In this document: piece by piece, positions 24,801-33,126 of the stretch
How positions within the stretch are numbered: position 1 is the stretch's first letter
How the letters are laid out: every line of letters begins with the position of its first letter
Source of the DNA: Welwitschia mirabilis
Lineage: Eukaryota
Direction: 5' to 3'
Length of the DNA: 33,126 bases
NCBI GenBank assembly: GCA_051453625.1
Contig: JBOZIK010000001.1
Span: 14,571,654-14,604,779, forward strand
Notes under the pieces: model-generated
What the model was told of the DNA's origin: nothing
Database searches by the model: none
The model's input: the letters and a program-made list of their open reading frames with translations, nothing else
Program-made: the position numbers and the translations under genes

Positions 24801-25923
24801 TGGATGTAAATAGTACATTTTTAAATGACAATTTAGAAGAAGAAGTATACATTTTTTAGCTTAAAGCTTTTATTATTGAAGGCTAAGAAAACAAAGTATG
24901 CAAACTTAAAAAAATCTCTTTATGGCCTTAAGCATGCTCTAAGAACTTGATTTAGAATAATTAATGATTACTTAATTGAAAACATTATAAAGAATGCATT
25001 TTTTATCCAAGTTTATATTTTAAACACTCAAATGATCATTTAATTATCATGTCTCTTGGTATTGATGAAATATTAATTCTTTACTACATGTGAGAAAATG
25101 ATTGAAAACTTCAAGGTGGAAATGAAAACTAAATTTAAAATAAAAGATCTTGGTAGTATTGAATATTGTTTAGGCATTTAAGTTGATTAAGGCAAAGACT
25201 CCCTAATTATACATCAATCAAATTTTTCATAGTCCATGATTAAAAAATGTAAATAACTTGAATCAAAACCAACCACCACTCCACTATTTGAAAATATTAA
25301 GATTAAAAGAAATGATTCTTTAAGAACAATGGATGCTTCTCTTTATAGGTTCATGATAGTCTCTTTAAAAGTTATATTTCATAAAAGACTTGATATTAAA
25401 TTTTAAACATCATTTATATCTAGATATATAACTAAATTAAGAAAAAGTTATCTTTGAGGTATGTACTTGGCACACTTACACTTAGGCTTAAATTTGAAAA
25501 AAGATATGGATATATTCATCCTCATTATGATGCTAATTAGGGTGGATCCACTGAGAATAGAAAATCCACTTCTAGTACTATTATATTTCATATAATAAAT
25601 CCAATTTATTATAAGTCAAAGAAATAAACATGTAAAAGAAAAAACAACAATTGAGATGTTTGTTATTAATATATTAGTCATAAGGGTTTATAAAGGATAC
25701 ACTGCTCATAATAAAAGTAAACACATTAAAATTAGATATTATTTCATCAGAGACAAGGTAAAGGAGTGAGTAGTCATTTTCAAGCATCTTTCTACAAATC
25801 AATAAGTTTTTAATATGTTGAAGAAAAAAGTTACCAATATTGAATATAAAGTATTTCATCTTCAAAATAAATATGATCTTTGTATCTCTAGCATCTAATT
25901 TCCACATTGTCCTAAAGGAGGGA
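21837..25923 (+). mobile_element. Near full-length decayed Ty1/copia internal region (gag-PR-INT-RT-RH), possibly Ivana-like
   Basis: PBS remnant TGATATCAAGG (21837). Gag PIIFNKSQDFTHWFQVMKTLL and LQTKDFNSFIVNALVTHIRTLE, paired knuckle remnants ending GYNEDKCW. Protease TWIINSAC*NYMT (about 23015-23050). Pre-integrase FWHIILGH and CETC, integrase VHLDL, FSKCTWSFILHSKDEA, YSPQNNRISKRKN. RT KKIVSFKWIFKRK, MDVNSTFLN, VCKLKK.LYGLKHA, SLGIDEI. RNase H YDAN*GGSTENRKSTS and KHIKIRYYFIRDKV. PPT AAAGGAGGGA at about 25914-25923. Domain order INT before RT is copia-type. Confidence 0.93.
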
Positions 25924-26134
25924 TTCTTGGTGTAATGTGGTCTAATGTGGACACACTATATGTTTTATATCAATTTATTCTTAAATCCATTTTTAAGAAA
26001 GATATAAGCTTAAGAAGCCTTATGTTATGAAAAATATTAATGTGTCTTGTAAGGGACTATATTCTACATGGATGTAAAAAAAGAGGAATAGCTTCAAACT
26101 CCTTTATAAAAGATTTGGTGAATTAATGTATTTA
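25924..26134 (+). repeat. Start of the 3' LTR of the + strand copia
   Basis: Positional: immediately follows the PPT and is cut by a gap. Confidence 0.55.
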
Positions 26135-26234
26135 NNNNNNNNNNNNNNNNNNNNNNNNNNNNNNNNNNNNNNNNNNNNNNNNNNNNNNNNNNNNNNNNNN
26201 NNNNNNNNNNNNNNNNNNNNNNNNNNNNNNNNNN

Positions 26235-26729
26235 GCATTTTTAAATGGAAATTTTGAAGAAGTATGTATCTTTTACTATAAAGGTTTTATTATTGAAGGC
26301 CAAGAAAATAATGTTTGTAAGTTAATAAAGACCTTTATAGCCTTAAGTAATATCTAAGAGCTTAATTTAGAATAATTAATAATTACTTACTTGGAAAAGG
26401 CTACAAAGCATGTGTTCTATAGCTCACATTACATTTAAAAACTCAAATGTTCATTTTATCATGATATCCCCTTTTGTTCATAACATAATATAACTTTTTA
26501 AATGTTAAAAAATGATTGAATACTTCTTGATGGATATGAAAATTAAATTTGAAATGAAAGATCTTGACATCCTTAAATATTTCTTAAGGATTTATGTTAA
26601 TCAACTTAAAGAATTTATGTTTGTACATTAATCAAGTTTTACACAAGCCATGATAAAATGGATTTCCTAAAGCAAAGCCAGACATCATACCACTAGCTCA
26701 AAATCTAAGATTTAAAAGAAAAGACTCTT
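26235..26729 (+). mobile_element. Second Ty1/copia RT fragment of the same family
   Basis: AFLNGNFEEV..KGFIIEGQENNVCKL..KFEMKDLDILKYFLRI. Colinear with about 24814-25320 at roughly 75-80% identity by eye, ending abruptly at 26729. Confidence 0.88.
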
Positions 26730-28215
26730 TGTTGAGCTGCTAATCTAAGGTTATTTGAGGGGGTTTTATGAGCTATTTTGTAGGACTTTTATACAGGTTT
26801 AAGCGCAATTCTGAGAATTTTGGAGATACATGAATAAATCTCAGAAAAGTGTAATTATTATTCAAATTTGATGCATTAAAGACACCTTCTGATGTATAGG
26901 GATTTAAAGAAGAATTATTGATCTTCTCAAGAAAATAATTAAAGAATACCATCATCTCTTTCGTCATCCCCACAATAGGTAGGACGACACTCTGTCGATG
27001 TGGACTACTAAGTCAGCATTTCAAGAATATTCTATAATGTACTATCATCCACATAGGCGTTCAGATGACAGCCCGGATGACACTTCTATGTAATCGACTT
27101 AGACAAGATTCCCTTGATCATTTTGCCCACTTCTGAGTCATGATAAGCATGCCTAACCACATTAACTATTTGTCCTTTTCTCTTGTATTTCCTTATAAAT
27201 AAGCCCCCCTTCGACTCTCCTTATCATCTTGGTTGCACTGGACATTCTTGTNNNNNNNNNNNNNNNNNNNNNNNNNNNNNNNNNNNNNNNNNNNNNNNNN
27301 NNNNNNNNNNNNNNNNNNNNNNNNNNNNNNNNNNNNNNNNNNNNNNNNNNNNNNNNNNNNNNNNNNNNNNNNNNNNNNNNNNNNNNNNNNNNNNNNNNNN
27401 NNNNNNNNNNNNNNNNNNNNNNNNNNNNNNNNNNNNNNNNNNNNNNNNNNNNNNNNNNNNNNNNNNNNNNNNNNNNNNNNNNNNNNNNNNNNNNNNNNNN
27501 NNNNNNNNNNNNNNNNNNNNNNNNNNNNNNNNNNNNNNNNNNNNNNNNNNNNNNNNNNNNNNNNNNNNNNNNNNNNNNNNNNNNNNNNNNNNNNNNNNNN
27601 NNNNNNNNNNNNNNNNNNNNNNNNNNNNNNNNNNNNNNNNNNNNNNNNNNNNNNNNNNNNNNNNNNNNNNNNNNNNNNNNNNNNNNNNNNNNNNNNNNNN
27701 NNNNNNNNNNNNNNNNNNNNNNNNNNNNNNNNNNNNNNNNNNNNNNNNNNNNNNNNNNNNNNNNNNNNNNNNNNNNNNNNNNNNNNNNNNNNNNNNNNNN
27801 NNNNNNNNNNNNNNNNNNNNNNNNNNNNNNNNNNNNNNNNNNNNNNNNNNNNNNNNNNNNNNNNNNNNNNNNNNNNNNNNNNNNNNNNNNNNNNNNNNNN
27901 NNNNNNNNNNNNNNNNNNNTATCAAGGGCATCCTTTGTTAAGGCTGGAAGCAAGTAGTGATTAGGATCATTTTTGGATGTTAGTTTAAATTACATCTTGC
28001 ATCTTGCATGGCACTTTATTTTCTTGCACTATTATTAATGTTAGATTCTTATTTTGCAAAGCAACCTAAGTCTCATCTCATAGATTTCAATGAGACACGA
28101 CATTTTGGGTCACTCTCATTATACTAGTATGATGTATTGTGTATAATATCTATTTTAATTATTAATGACAAAATCTATTTGAACATAAATGTGTTCACAA
28201 ATACACAATGCAACA
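26730..28215 (+). repeat. 5' LTR of an Athila-like gypsy element
   Basis: TGTTG (26730) ... CAACA (28215) inverted termini. TATA-like CTTATAAATAAGCCCCC near 27192. Followed by AATT-N10-AGGGAAGG, consistent with an Athila-type TGGCGCCGTTGCCGGGGA PBS hidden in the gap. Interrupts the copia RT. Confidence 0.7.
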
Positions 28216-31200
28216 AATTNNNNNNNNNNAGGGAAGGTAATTGAGGAGTACAAAGGTTGTTGTTATTCAAATAAGTATATTAGACATTTATTTAGTTATT
28301 TGTCTGTGTGACTTTGTATTTTATTAGAAGCTGTAGGTTTTCTATGTGTTTTCTATGTGCTGATTTTTTAGTTTTAGTTTTTTAGATTTGGTTTTTTGTA
28401 AAAAGTGTGGCCATCTCCTCTATCATCCCCATGATAGACAGGACGATAATGTGCTATTTTTATTTTCATTTTATTTTTGGATTGCAATTTTTCTGCAATA
28501 AATTAGTTATCGTCATCTCCTGTGATGTCCGGATGACCAGGAGGATAACATGACTATTTTCTGTGTTTTTTTTTTATAGGAACTATAATGGCGTCGGTCT
28601 AGAAAAAGGATTTAAGGATCACTGACAGAAGGAAGTATTTTAAAAAGGATAAGAACACAATCTTCAAGTGCATATATTATTTTNNNNNNNNNNNNNNNNN
28701 NNNNNNNNNNNNNNNNNNNNNNNNNNNNNNNNNNNNNNNNNNNNNNNNNNNNNNNNNNNNNNNNNNNNNNNNNNNNNNNNNNNNNNNNNNNNNNNNNNNN
28801 NNNNNNNNNNNNNNNNNNNNNNNNNNNNNNNNNNNNNNNNNNNNNNNNNNNNNNNNNNNNNNNNNNNNNNNNNNNNNNNNNNNNNNNNNNNNNNNNNNNN
28901 NNNNNNNNNNNNNNNNNNNNNNNNNNNNNNNNNNNNNNNNNNNNNNNNNNNNNNNNNNNNNNNNNNNNNNNNNNNNNNNNNNNNNNNNNNNNNNNNNNNN
29001 NNNNNNNNNNNNNNNNNNNNNNNNNNNNNNNNNNNNNNNNNNNNNNNNNNNNNNNNNNNNNNNNNNNNNNNNNNNNNNNNNNNNNNNNNNNNNNNNNNNN
29101 NNNNNNNNNNNNNNNNNNNNNNNNNNNNNNNNNNNNNNNNNNNNNNNNNNNNNNNNNNNNNNNNNNNNNNNNNNNNNNNNNNNNNNNNNNNNNNNNNNNN
29201 NNNNNNNNNNNNNNNNNNNNNNNNNNNNNNNNNNNNNNNNNNNNNNNNNNNNNNNNNNNNNNNNNNNNNNNNNNNNNNNNNNNNNNNNNNNNNNNNNNNN
29301 NNNNNNNNNNNNNNNNNNNNNNNNNNNNNNNNNNNNNNNNNNNNNNNNNNNNNNNNNNNNNNNNNNNNNNAAAATGAAAGTAAGAAAATAGTTTGAAAAC
29401 TTATTACTGAGAAAAAGAGAAAAGAATCTGAGGAAAATGATACAAAAATACTTAAAGAGCTTTTTGGAGAAAAAGGAAGAAAAGAATTTGAGGAAAATGG
29501 TAAAAAAACACTTAGGGAACTCTTGGCAAAAAAAGGGAGATCAACACAAAGAAATGTTGAGATTATGGATAGGACCCATTTCTCTTTTCAACCATCTTAT
29601 TATTTCCCATTTTCTTTTCAAAATAAATATGGAACTAATAAAGAAAAACTTAGGGATTCATCCTTATTCAATCACTTTTACCCATTCCATCCATCCCCCA
29701 TGAAATGTTATGAAGTAGAAAATGATTTAATAAGAAAATTAAGGGATTTCAATAATAGATTAGAAAATATAATTGCAAATCTTTAATAAATTCTCCTATC
29801 TATTCAAATGCAAAATTCTCAAATGTACCCTTCTACATCTTACCTTGAGAAAAATGAAAATAACTTAGAAATGAATGAATATGATTCTTTCTTCCAAGTA
29901 GAAANNNNNNNNNNNNNNNNNNNNNNNNNNNNNNNNNNNNNNNNNNNNNNNNNNNNNNNNNNNNNNNNNNNNNNNNNNNNNNNNNNNNNNNNNNNNNNNN
30001 NNNNNNNNNNNNNNNNNNNNNNNNNNNNNNNNNNNNNNNNNNNNNNNNNNNNNNNNNNNNNNNNNNNNNNNNNNNNNNNNNNNNNNNNNNNNNNNNNNNN
30101 NNNNNNNNNNNNNNNNNNNNNNNNNNNNNNNNNNNNNNNNNNTCATATCCCAAACTTCCACATGTTTTGTAAGGATGAAGCAGTTCCATTAATATATGAG
30201 ATTCAAATTTAAAAATTACTAGAGATGGGCATGAAGGCAATGAAAGGTGATCAACTTAACTTAGATGAGGATTACAGTTTTAAGCTAATGAAGTTATTTA
30301 AAGAGGAAGAGAAATTAAGCAAAGAAACATTAGAATATCTTTCATCAAATAATGAAAGATTTCCTTTCTATAATATTTCTAGTAATCTTTTTGAGGAATC
30401 CACCATCTTAAAAAAGAATAATGATCCTCATNNNNNNNNNNGAAAAAGAAGAGAATGAAAGAATCAATCATAAAAAAGAGGGATATATAATCAAAGAAGA
30501 AATTCTTCAAAATCACATTCTTATCCTTGAAAAGAATGAACCACATCATCTTGAGAACTTAAGTTCAAGAATCTCCCAACCTCTTCCTTTGATAACTTCA
30601 TGTGTAGAAATTCCTATCTTTTCCTAATTTACAAAGAAAACTTTCCCTTGTACTTCCATTGATCATTCTTTTTCAAAATAAAATTTGGGATATCTTGAAA
30701 TNNNNNNNNNNNNNNNNNNNNNNNNNNNNNNNNNNNNNNNNNNNNNNNNNNNNNNNNNNNNNNNNNNNNNNNNNNNNNNNNNNNNNNNNNNNNNNNNNNN
30801 NNNNNNNNNNNNNNNNNNNNNNNNNNNNNNNNNNNNNNNNNNNNNNNNNNNNNNNNNNNNNNNNNNNNNNNNNNNNNNNNNNNNNNNNNNNNNNNNNNNN
30901 NNNNNNNNNNNNNNNNNNNNNNNNNNNNNNNNNNNNNNNNNNNNNNNNNNNNNNNNNNNNNNNNNNNNNNNNNNNNNNNNNNNNNNNNNNNNNNNNNNNN
31001 NNNNNNNNNNNNNNNNNNNNNNNNNNNNNNNNNNNNNNNNNNNNNNNNNNNNNNNNNNNNNNNNNNNNNNNNNNNNNNNNNNNNNNNNNNNNNNNNNNNN
31101 NNNNNNNNNNNNNNNNNNNNNNNNNNNNNNNNNNNNNNNNNNNNNNNNNNNNNNNNNNNNNNNNNNNNNNNNNNNNNNNNNNNNNNNNNNNNNNNNNNNN

Positions 31201-33126
31201 NNNNNNNNNNNNNNNNNNNNNNNNNNNNNNNNNNNNNNNNNNNNNNNNNNNNNNNNNNNNNNNNNNNNNNNNNNNNNNNNNNNNNNNNNNNNNNNNNNNN
31301 NNNNNNNNNNNNNNNNNNNNNNNNNNNNNNNNNNNNNNNNNNNNNNNNNNNNNNNNNNNNNNNNNNNNNNNNNNNNNNNNNNNNNNNNNNNNNNNNNNNN
31401 NNNNNNNNNNNNNNNNNNNNNNNNNNNNNNNNNNNNNNNNNNNNNNNNNNNNNNNNNNNNNNNNNNNNNNNNNNNNNNNNNNNNNNNNNNNNNNNNNNNN
31501 NNNNNNNNNNNNNNNNNNNNNNNNNNNNNNNNNNNNNNNNNNNNNNNNNNNNNNNNNNNNNNNNNNNNNNNNNNNNNNNNNNNNNNNNNNNNNNNNNNNN
31601 NNNNNNNNNNNNNNNNNNNNNNNNNNNNNNNNNNNNNNNNNNNNNNNNNNNACAGTTATCAGTCTTTTGTCTCTTATTTAAATTCTGAAAATTGTGCTAT
31701 CAAGGTATTATCTTTTTATTCTCTTTCCTCCCAATTGATTTTAATGAAAAATGATTGCATAACTTTCATGTTTTGTCAATTGGTAAATATTTTATTTGGG
31801 TCTCGTTTTTCTAAAAATCTTGAAGACCATATTTCTTTTGCTTTATTTTTCAATAAAAGTATGAGTTAAATTTTAGAAATTAAATAAAATTTATTGGTCT
31901 TGATTTTTTATTTTGGTTTTTATGGTACTTTTGATTTTTAATTTCTGTTTTCTCTATTTTGATCTTCTGATTTTTAATTCTATTTTAGTTTACAGTTTTT
32001 GTACTTTTGGCTCCCTGTTAATAATATGTTATCTTCTTTGTCATCTTTATGATAAGGTGGATGATAGTTGGTTTTGAGAGTTTTTCATTTTTTTTTAATT
32101 TTTTATGTTTTATTTATTTTTTTATGTATGTTATCCTCTCTGTTGTCTGGACAATGAACAGGACAACTGTTAATAAAATGTTGATTTTTAATTTCTGTTA
32201 TTCTGAGAAAATGCATTTTTATGACTCTATTGAAATTTCTAACTTGACTACATGAGAATTTTAGGAAGTTAATGGGAAAAATCTGGAATTACATGAGTAA
32301 GGTGGCTAAATTTTCTCTTAGCTTTTTTCTTTGAAGGTTATTATGGCATTACTTGATTATTTTTCAAACTTGACTTATGTATTTATCTCCATGACTATTA
32401 TTTTGACTTATGCATTTTAGTTGTAATATTGAATTCACCTAATTTTAGAACATTCACATGTCCATAAACATCAATTAAGGAAAGATGCTTTATTTTTAAT
32501 GTTTTTCTCAGTGGTGAAAAGGTCTTAGATAATTTAAGAGTGTTCTTTTCTGTCTTANNNNNNNNNNNNNNNNNNNNNNNNNNNNNNNNNNNNNNNNNNN
32601 NNNNNNNNNNNNNNNNNNNNNNNNNNNNNNNNNNNNNNNNNNNNNNNNNNNNNNNNNCAAACTTGACTTATGTATTTATTTCCATAACTAGTTTTTTGAC
32701 TTGAGCATTTTAGTGGTAAGATTGGATTCACCTAATCTTAGGACATTCACAAGTCAATAAACTTAAATTGAAGGAAGATGCTTTATTTTTATGTTTTTCT
32801 CAATGGTGAAAAGGTCTTAGATTGTTTAAAAGTATTCTTTTCTGTCTTAATCTAACAACTTTCATCTTTGTCTTTTGGAGTGTTTGGTCATGTGGAATGT
32901 TATTTTATTTTCAAAAAAAAAAAAAGAAAAAGGAAAAAAAGAAGTGAATAAAGACCATGATGTTTTATATTTATCTCATAACATGGTCACCATGATGTCC
33001 TATTGCAAGTACACTGGGGGAAATATTTCCAAGAGGAGCCTTTGGCAGTGTAATATGGTAGCTATGAAAACTCCACTGGGAGGTCATTTGGCCATGCTTC
33101 ACAGGTCCTTACTTCTCTGACTGTGG
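28216..33126 (+). mobile_element. Internal region of the Athila-like, probably non-autonomous, element
   Basis: T-rich leader, K/E/N-rich decayed reading frame at 29373-30690, T-rich trailer. Shares GTCATCC...GGAYGAC motifs with the LTR. No gag/pol core motif in the sequenced parts, but about 2 kb is N. Confidence 0.55.
29373..29540 (+). repeat. 60-bp in-frame tandem repeat, about 2.8 units
   Basis: Units start at 29373, 29433 and 29493: NESKKIV*KLITEKKRKESE / ENDTKILKELFGEKGRKEFE / ENGKKTLRELLAKKGR. Confidence 0.8.

Noticed and set aside
26235..26729. Treating the second copia RT as another gap-flanking assembly duplicate
   Set aside because: It is much more diverged than the other pairs and does not overlap the end of the left contig, so it is more likely an independent paralog.
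27162..31869. Long ORFs (230-394 aa) in the ORF track, and similar ones at 12285-12933
   Set aside because: They are runs of N translated as X and carry no coding evidence.
26955..32170. CRISPR-like array from the GTCATCC repeats or the 60-bp repeat
   Set aside because: Repeats are dispersed or directly tandem with no unique regular spacers, there are no cas genes, and the context is eukaryotic.

Overview
AT-rich, heavily gapped eukaryotic DNA, almost certainly from a land plant judging by the transposon families present. I find no intact host gene, RNA gene or CRISPR array. The window is a graveyard of decayed transposable elements. From left to right: (1) a Reina-like Ty3/gypsy chromovirus on the - strand (LTR, tRNA-Thr-like PBS, gag, protease, 5' half of RT), present twice; (2) a roughly 0.9-kb duplicated segment ending in (GA)n; (3) a fossil PIF1-family helicase on the - strand whose motifs match the non-canonical Helitron2/Helentron type rather than the usual plant Helitron1; (4) a foldback inverted repeat with about 350-bp arms and a reiterated hairpin motif; (5) a Sirevirus (SIRE) Ty1/copia 5' fragment on the - strand; (6) a Tekay-like gypsy gag-PR-RT-RNaseH on the - strand; (7) a near full-length decayed Ty1/copia on the + strand plus a second RT fragment; (8) an Athila-like LTR element inserted into that fragment. 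Many of the N gaps, mostly exactly 100 N, are flanked by a diverged direct duplication, which points to haplotype, homoeolog or paralog interleaving in the assembly. All translations were made by eye across stops and frameshifts. Lineage calls are motif-based inference, not database results. I do not see a convincing new biological system. The best leads are the Helitron2-type helicase fossil and the adjacent foldback.
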